Shown here: positions 21,628 to 30,960 of the stretch, one piece after another
How the letters are laid out: each line of letters opens with the position of its first letter
How positions within the stretch are numbered: position 1 is the first letter of the stretch
Assembly: GCA_938091905.1 (NCBI GenBank)
Contig: CALKOM010000096.1
Span: 1 to 63,098 of the forward strand
Reading direction: 5' to 3'
Origin: an uncultured Verrucomicrobiales bacterium
GTDB lineage: Bacteria > Verrucomicrobiota > Verrucomicrobiia > Verrucomicrobiales > DEV007
Length of the DNA: 63,098 bases
Position numbers and translations under genes: made by a program
Notes under the pieces: model-generated
What the model was told of the DNA's origin: nothing
The model's input: only the letters and a program-made list of their open reading frames with translations
The model's database searches: none

Positions 21628-22310
21628 TGATGGATTTGCGGGCTCTCGTCTGTCTTCTTGCTAGTAGTTGCCTACTTGCTTTTTCTGGCACTCAGCTAGG
21701 TGCCCAAGGACAGGTAGAGACAGCGACGCCAGAGACGGCGCAGGACCTCCAGGCGATTCAAAAGCGAGTTCAGAAAGTAATTCCCGTTGTCAAGAGGGCG
21801 ACTGTCGTTGTCCTAGGCGATGGTTCGGGCAGTGGAGTGATTGTCTCCCGATCAGGTTTGGTTCTTACCGCTGGCCATGTGTGTGGTAAGAAGGATTCCT
21901 CTTTGATGGTTGTTCTTCCAAGTGGTCGCTTGGTCAGGGGAGTCTCGCTTGGGTTCCAAGCGAGAGCTGATGCTGGTCTGGTTCAGCTAGAGTCGGGAAG
22001 ATATCCATTTGCTAGAGTTCGTTCTGCGGCCGATGAAGTTGCGGTGGGAACGTGGTGTTTGGCATTGGGGCATCCGGGAGGGTATGATTCCGATCGTGGA
22101 CCGATTTTGAGATTGGGACGTGTCATTTCCAAGTCGAGGAATACAATTCGATCAGACTGTAAACTTGTCGGAGGAGATTCTGGTGGGCCACTGTTCGATT
22201 TGAGAGGGCGTCTCGTGGCGATCCACAGTCGCATTTCGCGAGCGGCAGATCAGAATTTCCATGTGCCACTTGAGACCTTTCGCGTTGGGTGGCCAGATTT
22301 GGTTCCATGA
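21627..22310 (+). CDS. S1C/trypsin-like serine protease
   Basis: Signal peptide; catalytic triad motifs LTAGHV, DAGL and GGDSGGPL. Confidence 0.88.
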   Translation: MMDLRALVCLLASSCLLAFSGTQLGAQGQVETATPETAQDLQAIQKRVQKVIPVVKRATVVVLGDGSGSGVIVSRSGLVLTAGHVCGKKDSSLMVVLPSGRLVRGVSLGFQARADAGLVQLESGRYPFARVRSAADEVAVGTWCLALGHPGGYDSDRGPILRLGRVISKSRNTIRSDCKLVGGDSGGPLFDLRGRLVAIHSRISRAADQNFHVPLETFRVGWPDLVP

Positions 22311-23320
22311 GGGCGGGTGCTCTGGATCTGACTTGGCTGCTGCTCTTTGTTGTTGGGAGCCTGCTCTGCCTGCTCTCGCTTAGCAATTGTGCTTGGATGC
22401 CAGGAGCTTCTCTTGCGTCGGGCGAACGCCTGAATGGGGCGGCAACCTTACAAGCATTCGCCAAACCTAAGGGAGCCTTACAAGCTCACACCGGTGTGGT
22501 TCAAGGAGGGACCAAAGGACAACTCAGTCTTGCGATGCCTGCCGATCGATCGGGCTATTGGTTGACCAAGGCGAGTGCAATTAAGGAGTCAGGGGTATTG
22601 CAACTGGTGCTGCCTGGAAAGAAAGTTCGACCGGTCCGGCTTGTGGGATCTGATAACGTGAATGATGTTGCTCTGTTGCAGGTGAATGGTACAGACGGGC
22701 AGTTCTTACCGATGTGGCATGAGCCTTCTCCTGAGGGGGCTTGGGTCGCTTCGCTTCGAGATTCGCGAGATCTGCGCGTCGGAGTCATCAGTGGATCTAC
22801 GCGGCCAATCGATGTGCCGCAAACCATGCTCGGGATTATTATGGAACCGGATGATCCCCAGCGAGGGGCTCTGATAGATGAGGTGATAGAAGGCGGAATG
22901 GCTGCTGAGGCCAAGCTACGAAAAGGAGATAGGATTCTAGCGATCAATGCGCGGCCAGTGCGTAGTTATCGTGCGCTGCAGCGTATTGTTAGGGCTTTGA
23001 GGCCCGGTGATCGGGTGCAACTAGAGTTTGAGCGAGCGGGTAAGCTCCGGCTGAAGGACGTCTCTCTCGGTGATGAAACTACGAATGCGGGAGAACATCG
23101 CAACCTTCGTATGAGCGGGCCGGTTTCGCCGCGTCGAGCCGGATTTGAGCAGGTTTTCCAGCACGATTGTCCGCTTGGCCCTGAGAGTATGGGTGGACCC
23201 GTCGTGGATCTGCAGGGCCGGGTTGTGGGGATGAACATTGCGCGAAGAGACCGGGTCACTACGTTTGCCCTTACTCGGGAGGCTCTTCTCCGAGCATTGT
23301 GGCGCATCCGATCTCAGTAG
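22307..23320 (+). CDS. PDZ-containing trypsin-like pseudo-protease
   Basis: ATGA overlap with the upstream protease and its own hydrophobic N-terminus. LTKAS replaces TAxH and GPESMGGP replaces GDSGGP; PDZ (LGII..LRKGDRILAIN). Confidence 0.8.
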   Translation: MRAGALDLTWLLLFVVGSLLCLLSLSNCAWMPGASLASGERLNGAATLQAFAKPKGALQAHTGVVQGGTKGQLSLAMPADRSGYWLTKASAIKESGVLQLVLPGKKVRPVRLVGSDNVNDVALLQVNGTDGQFLPMWHEPSPEGAWVASLRDSRDLRVGVISGSTRPIDVPQTMLGIIMEPDDPQRGALIDEVIEGGMAAEAKLRKGDRILAINARPVRSYRALQRIVRALRPGDRVQLEFERAGKLRLKDVSLGDETTNAGEHRNLRMSGPVSPRRAGFEQVFQHDCPLGPESMGGPVVDLQGRVVGMNIARRDRVTTFALTREALLRALWRIRSQ

Positions 23321-23382
23321 ATTTGGAGCTGAGTTTTTTTGAAGAGCTTTGTTAGCTAAGCCCGTGATATCGCCGCTGCTGT

Positions 23383-23417
23383 GATCTCCACATGTTGATG
23401 AGTTGCTTGTGGAGATC
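23383..23417. promoter_or_regulatory. 10-bp inverted repeat upstream of the sulfatase
   Basis: GATCTCCACA-N15-TGTGGAGATC in the intergenic region. Confidence 0.3.
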
Positions 23418-23563
23418 CTGACTTGGTCACGATTTATGATCGGCTGTATGTGTCGAAGCGATCGCTTTAAGGGGCTGAACCGATTTCAGCGGAGCCCGTC
23501 TTTCTAAGATACGCGAATGTCTAGAGCTTGTCTTGAAGGGGAAAAGTGTACATCATTGACTCT

Positions 23564-25447
23564 ATGTCTTTTCGTGCCCTTGGTTTCCTTGTTCTCATTG
23601 GCCTTGTCTCAAGCAGTGCTGCAGATAAGCCGAATGTAGTTTGGATTCTCTCCGAAGATAATTCGAAGCACTACTTGCGCCTCTTTGATCCAAATGGGGC
23701 TCCGACGCCGAATATTGAGGCCATGGCCAAAGACGGACTGGTGTTCAATCACGCCTTTTCAAATGCGCCGGTGTGTTCAGTTGCGCGCACAACCCTGATT
23801 ACAGGCTGCTACGCGCCGCGGATTGGCACGCAGCATCATCGCCGATCCAAAATGGCGCCGATGCCCGAAGGGCTGAAGATGTTTCCTGCCTACCTGCGCG
23901 AGGCTGGCTATCATACTACGAACAATTCGAAGACCGACTATAATGCGACCCCTGGCAAGGGCGTTTGGGATGCGTCATCTTCCAAAGCGAGTTGGCGGGA
24001 TCGCAAAGATGGGCAGCCTTTCTTTCACCAGCGCACCTTTGGAGCCTCACATGAGAGTTCGTTGCACTTCTCGCTAAAGAAGATGTTGTCAGAGAAGACC
24101 AGCACGGATCCCGCATCGGTTGTGCTCGCTCCTTATCATCCTGACACGCCTACCTTCCGCTACACCTATGCTCGCTATCACGATCGAATTCGCGATATCG
24201 ATGGGCAAGTGGGCAACCTGATAAGTGAGCTGACGGATGCCGGAGTGTTAGAAAACACGTTTATCTTCTACTTTGGTGATCATGGTGGCGTCCTTCCACG
24301 GGGCAAAGGTTACGCCTATGAGAGCGGGCTCCATGTCCCCTTAGTAGTGAGGGTACCAGACAAATGGAAAGGCCTTGTTGATCACAAACGAGGCGATCGT
24401 TTGGATGGCTTTGTCAGTTTCATTGATTTCGGTCCCACGCTCTTGAATCTTGCTGGCATCAAGGTCCCCGAAGGCATGGATGGGCGCCCGTTTCTTGGTC
24501 CTGGAATCACGGCGGCTGAGCTCGCTCAGCGTGATGAGGCGTTTGGTTATGCGGATCGATTCGACGAGAAGATTGATCTTGTGCGTACGCTGCGCAAAGG
24601 GGCTTTTAAGTACATGCGTAGCTATTGGCCGCATACGCCAGATGGGCTGCACAACGATTATCGCTATCGAATGCTCGCCTATGCCGAGTGGCGGGATCTT
24701 TATAAAGCTGGCAAGTTGACTGAGGAGCAGAAGGCTTTCTTTCGAGGAAGACCGGCTGAGATGCTCTTTGATCTGAGCAAGGACCCACATGAGACAGATA
24801 ACCTCGCCGCGAGCAAAGCACACGCCGAGATCCTTGCGGACATGCGTGGTCGTCTTACTGCATGGGTGAAAGGAATGCCCGACCTTAGCTTCTATCCGGA
24901 GACGCACCTCATGGATCTCGCCATGGAGAATCCTGTGGCCTTTGGGAAAGCGCACCGCGAAGAGCTTCACGCGCTGATTGATCTCGCTGATCTTCAGTTA
25001 GTGCCATTCTCGAAGGCTAAGCCTATTCTTGAAAAGGCACTGCGATCTAAGAATCCACGCGAGCGTCACTGGGGCTATGTGAGTGCTTTGCGATCTGGAC
25101 CTGAAGCCGGTGTCTTCGCTGGGTCAGCTAAGAAGGCTGCAGTAGACGATCTCGATGTCACGGTTCGTCAGCGTGCCACTGAGTTCCTCGGCCTGACTCG
25201 ATTTGATTCACCCGTCGCTGGTATTATGGCCGCACTGAAAGACTCGCCGTCGGAAGTGGCGACGAATGAGATTCTGAATACGGCAGTCCTGCTTCACGAA
25301 AGCGGATTGGGACATCAGTTTTCTATTTCCAAAGACGATGTGAAACACTCGAATCGCTACATCGACGACCGGCTGAACTATCTTGCTGGTAATCCGCCTG
25401 TGGACCGCAAGGCGAAGAAGAAACGGAAACAAGGTGCTACTCATTAG
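23564..25447 (+). CDS. Sulfatase (S1) with C-terminal helical (HEAT-like) extension
   Basis: Signal peptide; PNVVWILSED, CSVARTTLITG, FGDHGG and LFDLSKDPHE motifs. Confidence 0.9.
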   Translation: MSFRALGFLVLIGLVSSSAADKPNVVWILSEDNSKHYLRLFDPNGAPTPNIEAMAKDGLVFNHAFSNAPVCSVARTTLITGCYAPRIGTQHHRRSKMAPMPEGLKMFPAYLREAGYHTTNNSKTDYNATPGKGVWDASSSKASWRDRKDGQPFFHQRTFGASHESSLHFSLKKMLSEKTSTDPASVVLAPYHPDTPTFRYTYARYHDRIRDIDGQVGNLISELTDAGVLENTFIFYFGDHGGVLPRGKGYAYESGLHVPLVVRVPDKWKGLVDHKRGDRLDGFVSFIDFGPTLLNLAGIKVPEGMDGRPFLGPGITAAELAQRDEAFGYADRFDEKIDLVRTLRKGAFKYMRSYWPHTPDGLHNDYRYRMLAYAEWRDLYKAGKLTEEQKAFFRGRPAEMLFDLSKDPHETDNLAASKAHAEILADMRGRLTAWVKGMPDLSFYPETHLMDLAMENPVAFGKAHREELHALIDLADLQLVPFSKAKPILEKALRSKNPRERHWGYVSALRSGPEAGVFAGSAKKAAVDDLDVTVRQRATEFLGLTRFDSPVAGIMAALKDSPSEVATNEILNTAVLLHESGLGHQFSISKDDVKHSNRYIDDRLNYLAGNPPVDRKAKKKRKQGATH

Positions 25448-25679
25448 CTCACAAAAGCGCTGAGTATAGGTTCAACGCTCGAGGTTCTGCGATGGGAAAA
25501 GGATGGCCACGAGACGGTGGCCCGCCTGTAACGTTCAAGTTATGGACGAGTCCATAAATGAATATGTCATAGTGGGGAATAACCCTTCTCTTTGGAGAAT
25601 GCCAGTAGAGGCAATGCGGACGCGGCTTAGAACGTGGACGCCATTGTTCGGCCCGAGGGGCTCGTCCAACCTATGGTCC

Positions 25680-26086
25680 ACTCCTGAGCCAGCATTCTAG
25701 GACGCAAGGAATTAAGGTTAATGTACGCAGTCATCGTAAAAAAAAACTGCTTTGTCATACTCTAAGAGCATACTCTTAAAGCGTTCATTGCTCCAAGTAA
25801 CCATTGTTGGAGCCTGTTCGTTCAATCGTTCGAGTATAGGACGCTCGCTGGTGAGGGGCTCTTTATTCATGACCAAGCCGAGACGCCTCTAAATCTCTTC
25901 GTCATCCATCTGTGCCCGACTTTCTGAGGCATTGAGCAAATCAATGAACAAATGAAAGTAATTGGACATACAGTGCTTAGAAAAGACCTCGATCCTAGCC
26001 ATCTTCGCATGGATTTCTAGGAGCTGTGGGAAGCTGGTGCTGTGTCTATGTGTGGCATTATCCTTCTCTTCACAGCATTCCGCCAC
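25680..26086 (-). mobile_element. Degraded IS200/RAYT-like Y1 (HUH) transposase remnant
   Basis: CMSNYFHLFI (cf. MxNHFHLL), WSNERFKSML (cf. WxxRFKS) and, after a +1 shift in the A9 run at 25738-25746, TMTAYINLNSLR (cf. YIxLNPVRA). Stop at 25889. Confidence 0.7.
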
Positions 26087-26150
26087 TCGCGACGGCGCCG
26101 TTTCTAGCTGAATGGCGAAGAACAGCTCTCAGTAGGGGTATACCAATCCT

Positions 26151-27557
26151 TTAGCTTACGATTCTATGGGCAATGTCTCCATGCACATCAGTTAGGCTGA
26201 AATCCCTGCCTGTGTACTCGAAGGTGAGTTCTTCGTGATCCAGTCCGAGCAGGTGTAAGATGGTGGCGTGAAGATCATGGATGGTGCAGCGATCTTCGAT
26301 CGCGTGGTAGCCATACTCATCCGTAGCGCCATATCTAAAGCCGGGTTTTACGCCACCACCGGCTAGCCACATGGTGAAGCCATCGGGATGGTGATCACGA
26401 CCGACGGGTCCTTTGCCTTGTTGGGTGGTTGGCGTACGGCCAAATTCGCCACCCCAGACGACGAGGGTGTCTTCAAGAAGCCCCCTGGCTTTGAGATCGA
26501 GGAGCAATCCAGTAATTGGCTTATCAATCTGTCGGACATTGATCGAATGTCCTTTTTCTAGGTGGGAGTGTTGATCCCATTGCTCGTTGTTAAACTTTAA
26601 GCTGTGGGCATGACTAACTTGGATGAAGCGCACACCGCGTTCGGCAAGACGTCTAGCGAGAAGACACTCACGCCCGAAGTTCTCGGTTTCGGGATCGTCT
26701 AAGCCGTAGAGTTCGCGGGTTGCTTCTGTTTCGCTGCTAAGATCCGTGGCTTCGGGAGCGGCCATTTGCATTCGAAAGGCGAGTTCGAAGCTTTTAAGGC
26801 GAGCGTCCATCGCTGCATGAAAGCCATGACGATGCTGGTCCCGCTCATGCAACTCGCGAAGGAGTTCCAATTGAAGGACTTGCTCGCTTCGCGCGATGTC
26901 AGGGTGATTGATGTAGTGAAACTGCGCGTCCTTGGCTTGGGTATTTGGATATCCAGGGGTGCCTAGTGGGACGCCCTGATGCTCAGCTGGAAGAAAGGCC
27001 GAGCCAAAGTTATTGGCACCCCCATGGAGTGAGGTCGGGCAAATGGTGACGAAGCCGGGCAGATTACTGTTCTCCGTGCCTAAGCCATAGCTGACCCAGG
27101 AACCCATGCTCGGTCGTAGGAGGGCTTCCTCGCCCGTGTGCAGCTTCATGCAGGCGCCGCCGTGAGCGACATTCGTCTCGCAAACGGAGTGAATGAAACA
27201 GAGCTCGTCAGCGACCTTGGGAAGGTGTTGCCAAAGCTCCGACATCCAGGCGCCAGACTGCCCGACTCGGCGAAATTGCCAGGGTGACGCCATGAGATTT
27301 CCTCGAGCGGCAAATTGCACCTTGCGCTCGGGAAACGGAAGTGGTTTTCCGGAATCCTTGATGAGCTGTGGTTTGTAGTCGAAGAGGTCCACGTGGGATG
27401 GCCCTCCATGCATGAAGAGAAAGATGACGCGCTTGGCTCTGGCCTTGGTGTGGCTCAGTGGAATAGCGTTTGCCGTGTTTCCAAGTAGCGCGTTAAAGGC
27501 GAGTCCGCCGAATCCGGTGCAGATATTATTGAGAAGCTGGCGACGGGAGAAATGCAT
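26151..27557 (-). CDS. DUF1501 domain-containing protein (Tat)
   Basis: SRRQLL, VIFLFMHGGPSHVDLFDYKP, CLLARRLAERGVRF, WDQH and WGGEFGRTP motifs. Confidence 0.92.
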   Translation of the reverse strand: MHFSRRQLLNNICTGFGGLAFNALLGNTANAIPLSHTKARAKRVIFLFMHGGPSHVDLFDYKPQLIKDSGKPLPFPERKVQFAARGNLMASPWQFRRVGQSGAWMSELWQHLPKVADELCFIHSVCETNVAHGGACMKLHTGEEALLRPSMGSWVSYGLGTENSNLPGFVTICPTSLHGGANNFGSAFLPAEHQGVPLGTPGYPNTQAKDAQFHYINHPDIARSEQVLQLELLRELHERDQHRHGFHAAMDARLKSFELAFRMQMAAPEATDLSSETEATRELYGLDDPETENFGRECLLARRLAERGVRFIQVSHAHSLKFNNEQWDQHSHLEKGHSINVRQIDKPITGLLLDLKARGLLEDTLVVWGGEFGRTPTTQQGKGPVGRDHHPDGFTMWLAGGGVKPGFRYGATDEYGYHAIEDRCTIHDLHATILHLLGLDHEELTFEYTGRDFSLTDVHGDIAHRIVS

Positions 27558-27561
27558 CAGT

Positions 27562-29895
27562 CTAACGGATGTAGAGGAATTCGTTGCTGATCATGAGCGT
27601 TTGGCACAGAGCTGTCCAGGCAGCACTCTCGGGTTTTTGGCGCGTGTAGCGTTGCAGGAAGGCCTCACTACTTGCGATTTCCTCCTCGGATGGAGGCCGA
27701 GAATAGAGCTGCTGATAGAGATGCTCCAGGTCTCGTTCTACTCGTTCGGCCAGATGTTTCGCATGCTTGGTGAGCCAAGGATTGTTTAACATCAGGAGTG
27801 CCTGTGTTGGCACCGTAGTTTCGTTGCGTTCGCCGACGGGGGAAGCGGCGTTTGGAAAATCAAGTAAGGTGAGGAGATCGTAGAGATGGCATCGGACGAT
27901 AGGAAGATAGACAGAGCGGTGAGGGTAACCCTCATACACTTCTCGGTTTTTAAGGAGATCTTCGGGTGATGGATCTTGGCTCTTCACTTGTGGAGGAGCA
28001 GATGCAGGAGCCGTGGGATTGAGTTGACCGGAAACCGTGAGGACAGCATCCCGAAAGGCTTCTGCTTCCAACCGATGGGGCGTGCGTTTCCAGTAGAGCG
28101 TGTTCTCGGGATCGGTCTTGTTCATTGCCGCAGAGTTTGGGTGATGACCGCTGCGTTGCCATGTACGACTCATGACGATGGTCTTATGGAGGCTCTTGAG
28201 GGACCAGCCATCCTGTGTGAACTGCTTGGCGAGAAAGTCCAGTAAGGCTGGATGCGTCGGGGAACGGCCACGAGTGCCAAAGTCATCTGGGGAGTCAACG
28301 AGAGCCTGGCCGCCAAAGTGCCAGCGCCAAACACGGTTGACCAGCACACGGCTCGTCAGCGGATGGTCCGCTGTGACCAGCCATTCAGCAAGTTCGCGGC
28401 GACCACTGGTAGCAGTGCCTGGGCTGGTGTGATTCGCGCCGAACGCTTCGAGCATCCCGCGGGGTATCTCATCGCCCAAATCGTGAGGGTTTCCTCGGCG
28501 GTTGAGTTTGGCGTGCGCTATTGTCCCATCTCGTACAGACATGACTTTCTTGTTAGGCTCTTTCTTCGCCGCTATCTTCAGCGCTTGGCGTCTCTTGGTT
28601 AAATCGATTAGAACTTGCGCGTCTTCGGCGTTTTTGAGCCGATGCAACTTGAGCTTATCTAGATGCGACATCATCGGTTCTGACTCGATACGAAGTGTGT
28701 GGGGCCCATGAGTGACGGTGAGAACGCCCTCAATGGACCAGGCTTGATGCTCGGGCTCCCATCCTCCGGTCACTTGTTCAAGGGCGGGCGTGATGATGGG
28801 TTCGCCATCCAGCAGAACTCGCCCAGGTCTAGCTTGTGCTGCGGCATAGCGAATCTGTAAGAGTAGTGCTCCCGCTTCTTCTGCTATGAAGTCATACTCG
28901 GCGAAGTTGAGCTGACCACCTGGATCCGAAACAATGCCAATGCCTTTGCCATACTGCGTGGTATCGATCACGACATTACCTCGGTCGAAGTCCTCGGCTT
29001 CCCAATCGATTAGGCTTGTGGACGTAGCCTGCTTGGCGGCTTCATTCTCCAACTGGACAATCGAAGCTTCGATTTGTGCTAGCTCTACTTGAGCTTCTTG
29101 GCGGGTTTGGGCCTCGCTCTTCGTTTCTAGGCCTTGGCCGTTCTCAATGGATGTGCTGTGGAAGATGCCTGCGAGTGCGTAGTAGTCGCGCTGAGAAACC
29201 GGATCAAACTTGTGATCGTGACAACGGGCACAAGCCACGGTTAGTCCCAGAATGGCGCGCCCAACGGTATCGATCTGTTCGTCTATGATGTCCGCTTGCC
29301 TTTTAATCGGATCTTGTTCTGCTAGTATTTTAGTTCCCAGGGCAAGGAACCCCGTGCCAGTGATCGACTCTGAAGTGGGTGAATCGATTAGATCGCCAGC
29401 AAGTTGATGGGTGAGAAACGCGTCATAAGGTAGATCGTCATTGAGTGCGGCAATGACCCAATTGCGGTAGTGGTAGGCATTTGGGTAGGCGTGATTCTCG
29501 TCGCCGCCATTGGAGTCTCCATAGCGCGCGATATCTAACCAATGACGCCCCCAGCGCTCTCCGTAGTGTGGGGATGATAAGAGGCGGTCGACCATTTCCT
29601 CATAGGTGAAAGCGTTGTCCAAGAAGGCGGATACTTCGTCTGGTGGTGGTGGGAGCCCAACGAGGTCGAAGTAGAGCCTGCGAATGAGGATGCGCTTCGT
29701 TGCTTGAGGGCCAGGCGTGAGGCGGTTGGCATGTAGCTTGGCCTCAACGAAGTGATCAATTGGGTTCGTAGCGTCTCCATGAACCTCAGAAACGTCTGAT
29801 TGGGATAATGGAAGAAAGGCCCAATGCAAATCCTCCGCTTGTGCTGGCCAGGTGAGAGCCAGGAGAATGAAATAGGTTGTGCGGACCATCTGCAT
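27562..29895 (-). CDS. DUF1549/DUF1553 (PSD1) protein with internal CBM-like domain
   Basis: HWAF, NPIDHF, LIRRLYFDLVGLPP, GERWGRHWLD, CARCHDHKFDP, RVLVNRVW, PTHPALLD and PTQAL motifs. Confidence 0.92.
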   Translation of the reverse strand: MQMVRTTYFILLALTWPAQAEDLHWAFLPLSQSDVSEVHGDATNPIDHFVEAKLHANRLTPGPQATKRILIRRLYFDLVGLPPPPDEVSAFLDNAFTYEEMVDRLLSSPHYGERWGRHWLDIARYGDSNGGDENHAYPNAYHYRNWVIAALNDDLPYDAFLTHQLAGDLIDSPTSESITGTGFLALGTKILAEQDPIKRQADIIDEQIDTVGRAILGLTVACARCHDHKFDPVSQRDYYALAGIFHSTSIENGQGLETKSEAQTRQEAQVELAQIEASIVQLENEAAKQATSTSLIDWEAEDFDRGNVVIDTTQYGKGIGIVSDPGGQLNFAEYDFIAEEAGALLLQIRYAAAQARPGRVLLDGEPIITPALEQVTGGWEPEHQAWSIEGVLTVTHGPHTLRIESEPMMSHLDKLKLHRLKNAEDAQVLIDLTKRRQALKIAAKKEPNKKVMSVRDGTIAHAKLNRRGNPHDLGDEIPRGMLEAFGANHTSPGTATSGRRELAEWLVTADHPLTSRVLVNRVWRWHFGGQALVDSPDDFGTRGRSPTHPALLDFLAKQFTQDGWSLKSLHKTIVMSRTWQRSGHHPNSAAMNKTDPENTLYWKRTPHRLEAEAFRDAVLTVSGQLNPTAPASAPPQVKSQDPSPEDLLKNREVYEGYPHRSVYLPIVRCHLYDLLTLLDFPNAASPVGERNETTVPTQALLMLNNPWLTKHAKHLAERVERDLEHLYQQLYSRPPSEEEIASSEAFLQRYTRQKPESAAWTALCQTLMISNEFLYIR

Positions 29896-29906
29896 AATTT
29901 CTCGTT

Positions 29907-30953
29907 TTAGACTTCAGCCAACATCACTTCGAGCTGCGTGCGGACCATCTGGCCCATGGTCGTGCATTTGGAGAAGGCAAGAGTTTCATGGTGCTGATTG
30001 AGCTCTTCTCGGAGCCGTTCAAGGTTCTCATGTGGGGCAAGTTCCTCGGGAGCCATACATTTTAGAAGGGCCTCGTAACGGCGTTGAGCTAGTTTGACGC
30101 GAGATGCGATCAGTGTACGTTCCTCGTTCTGGTACTGTTTGATCGTGGGCCAGTTGAGTAGCTCGGTCACGAGTTTTACTGCGGGGGCGTTGTCCTCAAA
30201 GAATTGGCTGAGATACATGTTTCGCCGACCGGCGTATGATTGGTAGTCGAAGTCGATCGGACGAACGCGGTATTGCACTTCCTCGAAGTCGGGTGTGATA
30301 TCGATGACGTAGTTGACAGTGCGCATGTCTCCCAGCAGCCGGATAAAGCAGCGTAGGTTGAATTTGACGAACTCTTTGGCGATTCGGACACGATTGAGAT
30401 CCGGGCGAGGGAAGTAATCTCGAATGAAGGCGTCTCCCGGGATCCCCGCGATGTGTTCCTCGATTAGGGTATCTTTGGTCGTGAGGTAGTTGATCCGATT
30501 TGGAGACAGAATATATTCTAACTCTAAGCCATAAATACGCGATGCATCGGCGGTCTTCACGTAGTAATGGTCGTAGTTGTCGTTGAACCTGTTGCGTACG
30601 CGAATACGAAATGGGCGTGAATTCCCAAACTGACCAAAGTCGATCCGGTCGATGTGCAAGTGGTCTGCCAGAGCGAGATTGCCACCGATCTTGAGCTGGG
30701 CGTAAATGGCAGTGAGCCTCTGCTTAAGGTGATCCATCTCCACTGACGGATAAACCACGGTTTGCCAGAGTGTCTCGTTGCCATCTGGATCAAGGCAGGG
30801 AAACGATTCGCGAAAGTGACAGAGATCACCGTAGATGTCGGGAATGTCGGACTCGCGACTGTAGGTTCTGAGATAGGTGCGAAAGTTCTCGGAGATAGGA
30901 TAGGTCGTTTTACGCTTGGAAATGATATTCCAACTATTGTCGATGGTAGACAT
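29907..30953 (-). CDS. Conserved hypothetical protein with atypical kinase-like motifs
   Basis: Start taken at MSTIDN just after the AKR stop. Motifs FGNSRPF, YYVK, ELE, GDMRTVN and IDFD. Confidence 0.75.
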   Translation of the reverse strand: MSTIDNSWNIISKRKTTYPISENFRTYLRTYSRESDIPDIYGDLCHFRESFPCLDPDGNETLWQTVVYPSVEMDHLKQRLTAIYAQLKIGGNLALADHLHIDRIDFGQFGNSRPFRIRVRNRFNDNYDHYYVKTADASRIYGLELEYILSPNRINYLTTKDTLIEEHIAGIPGDAFIRDYFPRPDLNRVRIAKEFVKFNLRCFIRLLGDMRTVNYVIDITPDFEEVQYRVRPIDFDYQSYAGRRNMYLSQFFEDNAPAVKLVTELLNWPTIKQYQNEERTLIASRVKLAQRRYEALLKCMAPEELAPHENLERLREELNQHHETLAFSKCTTMGQMVRTQLEVMLAEV

Positions 30954-30960
30954 TTGGCTG

